Positions 45,300 through 56,849 of a stretch of 64,000 nucleotides of DNA are shown here, piece after piece. Position numbers and translations under genes: made by a program. The DNA comes from Chiloscyllium plagiosum (lineage: Eukaryota). The DNA lies in assembly GCF_004010195.1 (NCBI RefSeq), contig NC_057754.1, positions 3,974,223-4,038,222 of the forward strand. Reading direction: 5' to 3'. The notes beneath the pieces were generated by a model. It was not told where the DNA came from. It ran no database searches and worked only from the letters and a program-made list of their open reading frames with translations. How positions within the stretch are numbered: position 1 is the stretch's first letter; each line of letters begins with the position of its first letter.

Positions 45300-46400
45300 C
45301 GGTGAAGAGAGAGAGAGAGAGAGAGTGTGTGTGTGTATCTGAGAGGAAAGTCAGACCCGAGATCACAATGTTGAGAACGTGGACGCAGTAGCTTTAATTG
45401 AGGCGAAGTGTCACATGGCCTGTGTATGGGCCCTGGAGCAGAAGCAGGCAGTGTGTATGAGAGAGAGAGAGAGAACATACACACAGACAGAACAGCATCT
45501 GGTAACATCTGAAACCGGGCTGCATGAAACAGTAAGGTAAGGAAGAGGACTAACATGTCCCTCTGAGGAGAGGGAGAGGGAGAGGGAGAGGAGGAGGAAG
45601 AGGAAGACGAAGACGAAGACGAGACGACACGACGGGGAATGAAATGTAACCATGTGTTGGAAATGTATCGCTTTTAATCTGGGTCATTTTGTTTCTGGCT
45701 ATGTTGTGTTGTCTGTGCGCGTTCAATGTGTCACTGCCTGACTTATCAGGACCCTCCACCTCCCCAGAATATAACTCCTCTGTCTTCGGCAACCACCAAA
45801 TATTTGCTTTTGATACAAAGTCAGTTATTTGAGGTTGGGATTTTCCTTGGGTGGATCGAAGGTTTTTAAATGCGGTACCGTACAGAGGGATTTAATTCTT
45901 TTGTCACCTGGGAATTTGAGTGTGTGTGTATTTTAATCAATAATTGTGTAACGCGATCTGCCTTTTTATATATATTTTGTGAAGGGTTTCACAATATGAA
46001 ACTGACATGACATCTGAGGGATGTCAGTTTCTGGGGTTTTACTGCGAGATTTCCGCTCGCTTCATGAAACAGAATTTGCCTTCGAAACCCAGAGGGTAAA
46101 ATCCAGTCCAACCATCTTCTATTGGTGCATTGTCCCTCTCGCTCCAATCTCTCTGTCCACCCTTGTCTAATTACCGCGGAATCGGTGGCGATTTGATGGT
46201 GTTTGTTTTCCTCCACTTCCACACCCCCCACCCCCCCCAACCTCCTCACTCGCCCCGAAGCTAAAACGATACTGCAGCTCTTAAAGGCGCCGACTGCAGC
46301 CAAAGTGCAGCTGGGATTAATATTTCTTTGCCGACGAAAAATTGCAAAGTTTACAGCTGTCCTGATCTCTCAAAGTGCCAACCAGAAGCAGTCAGTCCGA
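45300..46400 (+). promoter_or_regulatory. Possible promoter / non-coding first exon region
   Basis: TE-poor, locally CpG-enriched; ATTGG 46121 and CCAAT 46144; GA/GT microsatellites; donor-like AAG|GTAAGG at 45537. Confidence 0.3.
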
Positions 46401-46669
46401 CTTTTTAATAACAAATGTTATGAGGATGATTTGAATCTGTTTAGGAAAGAATGTTTAAGATCCCCTGTTTGTGAGTCTCACACAGGGGTTTTGTCTATAG
46501 CTGTGCAGAGTTATTACAGTGCAGAAGGGGGCTGTTTGGCATCCTGTGGGCTATTCTCTATGTATTGTCACATAGCTTGTGTTTGTGATTGGATAAGGTG
46601 CGCTCTCTCCCCCTCTCTCATTCTCTGTAATTACGACAATTTTGTATGTTCAAGTGCTGCTCCCACTGT

Positions 46670-47990
46670 GGTCATGTTCCAAGCTGACCATCCCAGCTGG
46701 TACTACTGAGGGACCACTGCACTGTGAGGGAGCACCGCACTGTCAGAGGCTCAGTGCTGAGGGAGCGCCACACTGTCGGAGGGTGAGCGCTGCACCGTTG
46801 GAGGGTGAACACTGAGGGAGCACCGTATTGTTGGGAGAGTCAGCGCTGAGGGAGCGCCACACTGTCAGAGGGTCACTGTGCAGTGTCGGAGGGTCAGCGC
46901 TGAGGGAGCGCCGCATTGACGGAGGGCGAGTGCCACACCGTCAGAGGGTGAGTGTTGAGGGAGGGCACACCATCGCAGAGTCAGCGCTGAGGGAGTGCCG
47001 CACCATCGAAGAGTCAGTGCTGAGGGAGAGCCACACAGTCGGACAGTCAAAGCTGAGGGAGTGCCACACTGTCGGAGAGTCACTGTGCACTGTTGGAGGG
47101 TCAGCTCTGAGGGAGCACCACACTGTTGGAGGGTCAGTGTTGAGGGACTGCCGCACAATCAGATGGTCAGTGCTGAGGGCATGCCATGGCAGTGCCACAT
47201 TGTCGGAGGATCAATGCTGAGGAAGCGCAACACTACTGGAGGGTCAGTACTGAGGGAGCGCCGCATTGTTGGAGGGTCACTGTGTACTGTTGGAGGGTCA
47301 GCGCTGAGGGACCACCGTGGGAGCACCGCACTGTTGGAGGGTCACTGTGCACTGTCAGCAGGTCAGTGCTGAGTGATCGCTGTGGAAGTGCCACACTGTC
47401 AGAGGGTCAGCGCTGAAGGAGCGTCACACTGTCGGAGGGTCACTATGCATTGTCAGAGCATCGCACTGTCGGAGGGTCACTATGCACTGTCGGAGGGTCA
47501 GCACTGAAGGAGCACCACACTGTTGGAAGGTCAGCGCTGAGAGACTGATGGATAGTCGAAGGGTCAGTGCTAGGAGAATGCAGCACTGTTGGATGGTCAG
47601 TGCTGAGGGAGTGCCGCACTGTGGGAGGGTCAGCGCTGAGGGAGTGCCGCACTGTCGGAGGGTCAGCGCTGAGGGAGTGCCGCACTATCAAAGATGCGCT
47701 GTTTGGGATGAGATATTAAACTGAGATCCCTATCTGTCCTCCCATGTCAAAGAAGCCAGTATTTTGAGGTGAGTTGAAGGGGCTAGAGTGGTTGTTCTTG
47801 CCAGAGTCCTGGGTCTGATATTTATGCTTCAGCCAGCATCACTGGATGATCTGTGTCTTTATCACCTTGCTGTTTGTGGGAGCTTGCTATGTACAAAATG
47901 ACTGCTGAGTTTCCAACATGATGATGGTAGCAACATTTCAAAAAGTGGTTCTTGGCAGCAAAGTGCTCTGGGATGTTATGAAGTTGCTTT
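46670..47990 (+). mobile_element. Deu-domain SINE with internal ~33-bp minisatellite (46705-47690)
   Basis: Unit gagggagYgccgcactgtcggagggtcagYgct is followed directly by ggatgagatattaaactgag and ttgctgtttgtgggagcttgct. Confidence 0.8.
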
Positions 47991-49464
47991 ACACAATAAT
48001 GTTGAGATAAGTCATTTCACAGAGGGACAGCTCAGAAACTCTAGTTAAGTGGGGCTTCAAGAGGACCTGCTTTTTCCCTACAAGCACTCCACGTAAGGAA
48101 AAGAAACAAATTAAAACAGTGATGTGTTAAGTACATTGAAAACGAAAGAATTTTTTTCTATTTGTTCTCCCCTTACAATGGCCTGACCTTGTACAGCAAA
48201 AGACATTGCAAAATGTAGGGAGTTGGCTCTTGAAAAGTGCAATCATCTTTTTCTATTTACATACCAGGCTGTCTTTAGACAAATGCAGGACAATCTGAAA
48301 TGTCAGTATAGTCAGACAAGTTGTCCACGCTTTTGTGAGATTCTGGCACCTCTCCATGGCTTCAGCTGGGGATGCAGGCGGGTGAGCAGGATGCTCTTCA
48401 GCCGTATTTGCAGGCCCTCCAAGACTGACGTGAAGCCCAATGTTGGGCTGCCTGGTCACTGGTACAATACTCTTGATGAATTCTTCTCCCATCAGTTGGC
48501 ATGGCGACACGACAAGCTGATGTGGCTCTGGCCTATCCATAGTTACCAAATTGCTGATATCACAGGGATCCTTCTGTGGCATTTCCTATTCTGCCAGCAG
48601 GAATGGCCCTGAACTTCACTACCATCGGAGTTTGGGGTTTTCCAATTCTTGACATGTCACCATCTTTGTTCTCCACAACAAGGCTATCAGAACGAGACAT
48701 GAACTCACCAGCCCCTGTCATGGTCCGTCAAAGCCCTTTGTGGTTACTGCTTATCTCATCCAAAGTTTGGCCTTGTGACCAATCTGTGCTGGTTGAGAGT
48801 CAGCCTGAAGTTTGGGCAGTCTTTTGGCTGCTCCTAATGTGATACACTTCACTCAGCTCATTCCACCTTGTTTCCTAGTTCCCAACCTGCAGCATGTCTT
48901 GCTCAGCCTCTTCCATTTGTGCCTCTTGATCTACCTTGGCTCTCATTCCAGAAACATCTTCATTGTTCCTACCTCCAGTAACAAATACTTTGATGGCCCT
49001 CACCTTCTGCCTATCTCCATAACCTCCTCTGATCCCTACATCCCTCCCTATCTTTGTAACCTCCTCCACCCCCTCCCTATCTCTGTCACTTCCTCCTGCC
49101 CCGACACCTGTCCAGCCCCTACACCCCTTCAGCCTCCGCAACTCACCCTACTCTGTAATGTCATCTGGCCTCTGCATTTTCTGAGTTCTGTGTGCTCCTT
49201 AGCTTCCAAACTTTTGCTCATTCCTGATTCCCATCACTCTCCCATCTGCCCCCACCCAAGCAAACCACTGTGTCTGTCAAACCCTGCTGCATAGAGCCTT
49301 GGGGGCAGTTTACTGTGGTGAAGATGCATGATCAGAATGCATGTTGTTGCGATATTTGCCAATTTCCTTAAATCGGTGTCCTCTGCATTGGTCAGCATTT
49401 ATTTATTTCCTTTTATCATTTCCTCCTTATTAATTTTGAACACTTTCTTCTGGTGGATGTGTTT

Positions 49465-50350
49465 GTCACTGGTTGGGCCAGCAATTATTGCCCATCCCTA
49501 ATTGCCCTTGGGAAGGTGAGCCGCCTCCTTGAACTGTTGCAGTCCATTTGGTGTAGGTAATCCATGCAGTTAAGGAGGGAATTCCTGGATTTTGACCCAG
49601 CAGCAGCACTGAAGCAACAGCAATATATTTCCATGTCAGGATGATTCGGAGATACCGGTGTTGGACTGGGGTGTACAAAGTTAAAAATCACACAACACCA
49701 GGTTATCGTCCAACAGGTTTAATTGGGAGCACACTAGTTTCGGAGCGACGCTCCTTCATCAGGAATCATCTGATGAAGGAGCGTCGCTCCGAAAGCTAGT
49801 GTGATTCCAATTAAACCTGTTGGACTATAACCTGGTGTTGTGATTTTTAACCATGTCAGGATGGTGTGGCAAGGAACTCTGCAGGAGGTGGTGTTCCCAT
49901 GTATCTGTTGCCTTTGTTCTTCTAGATGGAAGTGCTTTTGGGTTTGGAAAGTGCTGTCTGAGTAGCCTTGACAAGTTGCTGGAGTGCATTTGTAGATGGC
50001 ACCCACTGCTGCTGGTGGAGAGGGAAGACTTTTGTGCATGTGGTGCCAATTAAGCGGTCAACATTAGTCTGGATGGTGTTGAGCTTCTCAAGCATTGGTG
50101 GGGCTGCACGATTTCAGGCAAGTGAGGAGTATTCCATCACACACCTGACTTGAGCCCAACTTCACCCGACGAAGGGGCTGTGCTCCAAAAGCTTGTGATT
50201 TCAAATGAACGTTTAGGACGATAGCCTGGTGTCGTGTGACTTCTGACCTTGTAAGTGGTGGATGACTCTGAGGAGTAGGGAGGTGAGTTATTCACTGTAG
50301 GATTCTTAGCTTCTGGCCTTCTTTGTAGCCACAGCATTTATATGGCTAGT
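49465..50350 (-). mobile_element. CR1/L2-group LINE 3' fragment with two Penelope insertions
   Basis: attattgcccatccctaattgccctt is the reverse of the shared tail; inserts at 49644-49850 and ~50155-50250. Confidence 0.7.
49644..49850. mobile_element. Palindromic Penelope pLTR-derived insertion (family B)
   Basis: Perfect 13-bp TSD ccatgtcaggatg at 49631-49643 and 49851-49863; CTGATGA cores on both strands. Confidence 0.9.
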
Positions 50351-52217
50351 CTGGTTGTACTAAATCTGCTCTGAAATAAGAACTATTCTGGATTCGCTCC
50401 TCTCTCTATGTAATTGTTTATAGGTTGATATCTGAGCAGATTAATAATTTATTATCCAGCTGAATGCTTGAGCAGTTTAATTTTGGAAAGAACGTATGCA
50501 GAAATAAAAATGAATGCTTCCGATTAACTCCTCAAGCACATAATTCCAAAAAGCACTCCGTCTCCTTCCCCCTCCTTTATTATGATTATAATTCGCGGAG
50601 GGACTTGACCATCCCATAATCCTCTGCACAATGTGGTCCCCAGGCTAATCTATGAGAACACAGCCAGTGATATGACTTTGTCACTAGGAGGAGGGAGGGA
50701 GGGGGCAGAGGACAAGCATCTGTCCTTGAGATCTCTCAGCACCGTTTCCTGTCTGACGTTGTGTGTGAATCGAACAAATGGACAGGTTGACATAGAGAGG
50801 GAGGGATAGAGAGGGGGGTGGGGGGGGGGGGGGGGGTAGGGAGAGAGAAATGGGAGAGGAGCAGTCAGGAAACAAGACTGCAATCTTCTTTCATCCTCTG
50901 GTTGGCTGGACACTGAACATCTTGTACAATAGGAAAGATAAACAGACTAGGGAGCTATTTCTATGGCTCTTCTTAACTCCCATCAGTTTGTCCCTTATTC
51001 ACTCCCCTGTCAGATAGTTCTTTCACTCAATTGTGCAGTCAGTCTCTCCCTCTCTTTGTGCCTCTCACTCTTGCCCTGTCTGCCTTCCATTCTTGCTCTA
51101 ACTGCTCTACTGTCTCCATCTCCCTCATTGTTTCTCAAACCCCCTCGTGCTCTGTNNNNNNNNNNNNNNNNNNNNNNNNNNNNNNNNNNNNNNNNNNNNN
51201 NNNNNNNNNNNNNNNNNNNNNNNNNNNNNNNNNNNNNNNNNNNNNNNNNNNNNNNNNNNNNNNNNNNNNNNNNNNNNNNNNNNNNNNNNNNNNNNNNNNN
51301 NNNNNNNNNNNNNNNNNNNNNNNNNNNNNNNNNNNNNNNNNNNNNNNNNNNNNNNNNNNNNNNNNNNNNNNNNNNNNNNNNNNNNNNNNNNNNNNNNNNN
51401 NNNNNNNNNNNNNNNNNNNNNNNNNNNNNNNNNNNNNNNNNNNNNNNNNNNNNNNNNNNNNNNNNNNNNNNNNNNNNNNNNNNNNNNNNNNNNNNNNNNN
51501 NNNNNNNNNNNNNNNNNNNNNNNNNNNNNNNNNNNNNNNNNNNNNNNNNNNNNNNNNNNNNNNNNNNNNNNNNNNNNNNNNNNNNNNNNNNNNNNNNNNN
51601 NNNNNNNNNNNNNNNNNNNNNNNNNNNNNNNNNNNNNNNNNNNNNNNNNNNNNNNTCTCTCCTTCCTGTCTCTCTTTCTCTCTCCACCCCAACTATCTCT
51701 CTCGCTCTCTCTCCTGTCTGTCTTGATCTCGTCCTTGTCTGTATATGTCTCCTTCCTGTCTTTCTCTTGTCTATCGCCAACCCAAAACTATGCCTCTGTC
51801 TGTCTCTTTCTCATTTTCTATTGCTCCCTTCTCCCTGCCTTTCTGTAACTTCTCCTTCTCTCTCATGCAGGCTGAATGAGGTGGGTGAACGAGGAACTTG
51901 TTGTTACTCAGTACTATAATGACATTATTTGCCAAAGTAGAGGCTGCCGTAACACGACTGACTTCGACAAATTAATTGAATTGATCATCTGAAAGTTTTG
52001 GAACAAGAGATCACCACATGCACATTACCTAGCCTTCATTACACATGGTCAATACAAGTTCTAGTGGGGCAGATGGGACCCAGTGAATCAAGATGTTATT
52101 AATGCAGACTGTCATAGCCTGGTGAATAGAGATTTGTTTGGTGCAGATAGTTATTGAGCGCGATGAGCTTGGGGATTAATTGAGATGGGTGGTCACAAGG
52201 CTCGGTTTTTCATAGCT

Positions 52218-52302
52218 GGAAAAGCGCAGCAGGTCAGGCAGCATCCAAGGAACAGGAGAATTGACGTTTCGGGCATAAGCCCTTCTTCAGGAATCTGTTT
52301 TT
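52218..52302 (-). mobile_element. Short Penelope pLTR fragment (family A)
   Basis: TSD ctcggtttt(t)catagct at 52201-52217 and 52303-52318; minus strand cctgaagaagggcttatgcccgaaacgtc. Confidence 0.85.
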
Positions 52303-52354
52303 CTCGGTTTTCATAGCTCAATTCAACCTGGCTGTCACTGGGCGTGGTCATTCA

Positions 52355-55300
52355 GGGCTTGATTGAGGCAGGCTGTCGCCGGGTGGTGTGAATCGAGGCT
52401 CGATTGAGACTGGCTGTCGCCGGGCGGTGTGAATCGAGGCTCGATTGAGGCAGGCTGTTGCCGGGCGGTGTGAATCGAGGCTCGATTGAAGCAGGCTGTT
52501 GACATGTGGTGTAAATCGAGGCTCGATTGAGGCAGGCTGTTGACATGTGCAAATCGAGGCTTGATTGAGGCAGGCTGTCGCCGGGCAGTGTGAATCGAGG
52601 TTTGATTGAGGCTGGCTGTCGCCATTCGGTGTGAATCGGGGTTTGATTGAGGCAGGCTGTCGCCGGGCGGTGTGAATCGAGGCTCGATTGAGGCTGGCTG
52701 TCGCCAAGTGGTGTGAATCGAGGCTCGATTGAGGCAGGCTGTCGCCGGGCGGTGTGAATCGAGGCTCGATTGAGGCAGGCTGTTGCCGGGCAGTGTGAAT
52801 TGAGGTTTGATTGAGGCTGGCTGTCGCCATGCGGTGTGAATCGGGGTTTGATTGAGGCAGGCTGTCGCCGGGCAGTGTGAATCGAGGTTTGATTGAGGCT
52901 GGCTGTCGCCATTCGGTGTGAATCGGGGTTTGATTGAGGCAGGCTGTCGCCAGGCGGTGTGAATCGAGGCTCGATTGAGGCAGGCTGTCGCCAGGCGGTG
53001 TGAATCGAGGCTCGATTGAGGCAGGCTGTCGCCAGGCGGTGTGAATCGAGGCTCGATTGAGGCTGGCTGTCGCCAGGCGGTGTGAATCGAGGCTTGATTG
53101 ATGCAGGCTGTCGCCATGCGGTGTGAATTGAGGTTTGATTGAGGCTGGCTGTCGCCATGCGGTGTGAATCGAGGCTCGATTGATGCAGGCTGTCGCCGGG
53201 CGGTGTGAATCGAGGTTCGATTGAGGCTGGCTGTCGCCATGCGGTGTGAATCGAGGTTTGATTGAAGCAGGCTGTTGACATGTGGTGCAAATCGAGGCTC
53301 GATTGAGGCAGGCTGTCACCGGGCGGTGTGAATCGAGGTTCGATTGAGGCTGGCTGTCGCCATGCGGTGTGAATCGAGGTTTGATTGAGGCTGGCTGTCG
53401 CCATTCGGTGTGAATCGAGGCTTGATTGAAGCAGGCTGTTGACATGTGGTGCAAATCGAGGCTCGATTGAGGCAGGCTGTCGCCGGGCGGTGTGAATCGA
53501 GGCTCGATTGAGGCAGGCTGTCGCCGGGCGGTGTGAATTGAGGTTCGATTGAGGCAGGCTGTCGCCGGGCGGTGCAAATCGAGGCTGGATTAAGGCAGGC
53601 TGTCGCCAGGCGGTGCGAATCGAGGCTGGATTAAGGCAGGCTGTCGCCAGGCGGTGCGAATCGAGGCTCGATTGAGGCAGGCTGTTGCCGGGCGGTGTGA
53701 ATCGAGGCTCGATTGAAGCAGGCTGTTGACATGTGGTGTAAATCGAGGCTCGATTGAGGCAGGCTGTTGACATGTGGTGCGAATCGAGGCTCGATTGAGG
53801 CAGGCTGTCGCCGGGCAGTGTGAATTGAGGTTCGATTGAGGCTGGCTGTCACCGGGCGGTGTGAATCGAGGCTTGATTGAAGCAGGCTGTTGACATGTGG
53901 TGTAAATCGAGGCTCGATTGAGGCAGGCTGTTGACATGTGCAAATCGAGGCTCGATTGAAGCAGGCTGTCGCCGGGCAGTGTGAATCGAGGTTTGATTGA
54001 GGCTGGCTGTCGCCATTCGGTGTGAATCGAGGGTCGATTGAGGCAGGCTGTCGCCAGGCGGTGTGAATCGAGGCTCGATTGAGACTGGCTGTCACCGGGC
54101 GGTGTGAATCGAGGTTCGATTGAGGCTGGCTGTCGCCATGCGGTGTGAATCGAGGTTTGATTGAGGCTGGCTGTCGCCATTCGGTGTGAATCGAGGCTTG
54201 ATTGAGGCTGGCTGTCGCCATGCGGTGTGAATCGAGGTTTGATTGAGGCTGGCTGTCGCCATTCGGTGTGAATCGAGGGTCGATTGAGGCAGGCTGTCGC
54301 CAGGCGGTGTGAATCGAGGCTCGATTGAGACTGGCTGTCACCGGGCGGTGTGAATCGAGGTTCGATTGAGGCTGGCTGTCGCCATGCGGTGTGAATCGAG
54401 GTTTGATTGAGGCTGGCTGTCGCCATTCGGTGTGAATCGAGGGTCGATTGAGGCAGGCTGTCGCCAGGCGGTGTGAATCGAGGCTCGATTGAGGCAGGCT
54501 GTCGCCAGGCGGTGTGAATCGAGGCTCGATTGAGGCAGGCTGTCGCCATGCGGTGTGAATCGAGGTTTGATTGAGGCTGGCTGTCGCCATGCGGTGTGAA
54601 TCGAGGTTTGATTGAGGCTGGCTGTCGCCATGCGGTGTGAATCGAGGCACCGGGCGGTGCGAATCGAGGCTGGATTAAGGCAGGCTGTCACCGGGCGGTG
54701 CGAATCGAGGCTGGATTAAGGCAGGCTGTCACCGGGCGGTGCGAATCGAGGCTGGATTAAGGCAGGCTGTCACCGGGCGGTGCGAATCGAGGCTGGATTA
54801 AGGCAGGCTGTCACCGGGCGGTGCGAATCGAGGCTGGATTAAGGCAGGCTGTCACCGGGCGGTGCGAATCGAGGCTGGATTAAGGCAGGCTGTCACCGGG
54901 CGGTGCGAATCGAGGCTGGATTAAGGCAGGCTGTCACCGGGCGGTGCGAATCGAGGCTGGATTAAGGCAGGCTGTCACCGGGCGGTGCGAATCGAGGCTG
55001 GATTAAGGCAGGCTGTCACCGGGCGGTGCGAATCGAGGCTGGATTAAGGCAGGCTGTCACCGGGCGGTGCGAATCGAGGCTGGATTAAGGCAGGCTGTCA
55101 CCGGGCGGTGCGAATCGAGGCTGGATTAAGGCAGGCTGTCACCGGGCGGTGCGAATCGAGGCTGGATTAAGGCAGGCTGTCACCGGGCGGTGCGAATCGA
55201 GGCTGGATTAAGGCAGGCTGTCACCGGGCGGTGCGAATCGAGGCTGGATTAAGGCAGGCTGTCACCGGGCGGTGCGAATCGAGGCTGGATTAAGGCAGGC

Positions 55301-56835
55301 TGTCACCGGGCGGTGCGAATCGAGGCTGGATTAAGGCAGGCTGTCACCGGGCGGTGCGAATCGAGGCTGGATTAAGGCAGGCTGTCACCGGGCGGTGCGA
55401 ATCGAGGCTGGATTAAGGCAGGCTGTCACCGGGCGGTGCGAATCGAGGCTGGATTAAGGCAGGCTGTCACCGGGCGGTGCGAATCGAGGCTGGATTAAGG
55501 CAGGCTGTCACCGGGCGGTGCGAATCGAGGCTGGATTAAGGCAGGCTGTCACCGGGCGGTGCGAATCGAGGCTGGATTAAGGCAGGCTGTCACCGGGCGG
55601 TGCGAATCGAGGCTGGATTAAGGCAGGCTGTCACCGGGCGGTGCGAATCGAGGCTGGATTAAGGCAGGCTGTCACCGGGCGGTGCGAATCGAGGCTGGAT
55701 TAAGGCAGGCTGTCACCGGGCGGTGCGAATCGAGGCTGGATTAAGGCAGGCTGTCACCGGGCGGTGCGAATCGAGGCTGGATTAAGGCAGGCTGTCACCG
55801 GGCGGTGCGAATCGAGGCTGGATTAAGGCAGGCTGTCACCGGGCGGTGCGAATCGAGGCTGGATTAAGGCAGGCTGTCACCGGGCGGTGCGAATCGAGGC
55901 TGGATTAAGGCAGGCTGTCACCGGGCGGTGCGAATCGAGGCTGGATTAAGGCAGGCTGTCACCGGGCGGTGCGAATCGAGGCTGGATTAAGGCAGGCTGT
56001 CACCGGGCGGTGCGAATCGAGGCTGGATTAAGGCAGGCTGTCACCGGGCGGTGCGAATCGAGGCTGGATTAAGGCAGGCTGTCACCGGGCGGTGCGAATC
56101 GAGGCTGGATTAAGGCAGGCTGTCACCGGGCGGTGCGAATCGAGGCTGGATTAAGGCAGGCTGTCACCGGGCGGTGCGAATCGAGGCTGGATTAAGGCAG
56201 GCTGTCACCGGGCGGTGCGAATCGAGGCTGGATTAAGGCAGGCTGTCACCGGGCGGTGCGAATCGAGGCTGGATTAAGGCAGGCTGTCACCGGGCGGTGC
56301 GAATCGAGGCTGGATTAAGGCAGGCTGTCACCGGGCGGTGCGAATCGAGGCTGGATTAAGGCAGGCTGTCACCGGGCGGTGCGAATCGAGGCTGGATTAA
56401 GGCAGGCTGTCACCGGGCGGTGCGAATCGAGGCTGGATTAAGGCAGGCTGTCACCGGGCGGTGCGAATCGAGGCTGGATTAAGGCAGGCTGTCACCGGGC
56501 GGTGCGAATCGAGGCTGGATTAAGGCAGGCTGTCACCGGGCGGTGCGAATCGAGGCTGGATTAAGGCAGGCTGTCACCGGGCGGTGCGAATCGAGGCTGG
56601 ATTAAGGCAGGCTGTCGCCGGGCGGTGCGAATCGAGGCTGGATTAAGGCAGGCTGTCGCCAGGCGGTGCGAATCGAGGCTGGATTAAGGCAGGCTGTCAC
56701 CGGGCGGTGCGAATCGAGGCTGGATTAAGGCAGGCTGTCGCCGGGCAGTGTGAATCGAGGCTGCATTGAGGCATCCTGTGGCCGGGCGGTGTGAATCGAG
56801 GCTCGATTGAGGCTGACTGTCACCGGGCGGTGTGA
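52355..56835. repeat. 41-bp CpG-rich satellite, ~109 copies (variant block, then ~47 identical copies from 54661)
   Basis: Unit gaatcgaggctggattaaggcaggctgtcaccgggcggtgc. Confidence 0.97.
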
Positions 56836-56849
56836 TTTGAAGAAAGGCT

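Noticed and set aside
44636..45556. 306-aa poly-Pro ORF
   Set aside because: Derived from poly-G, GA-rich low complexity and a SINE; the poly-G length may be a sequencing artefact.
48220..48850. Coding-like stretch with overlapping ORFs
   Set aside because: No recognisable domain or consistent splice sites; possibly an old TE remnant. It needs a BLASTX/Dfam search.
50963..51919. ORFs across 51156-51655
   Set aside because: They span a 500-N gap and CT-rich simple sequence.
52335..54691. Long minus-strand ORFs (300-470 aa) and CRISPR-like regularity
   Set aside because: Stop-free satellite read in all frames; no unique spacers, no cas genes, vertebrate context.
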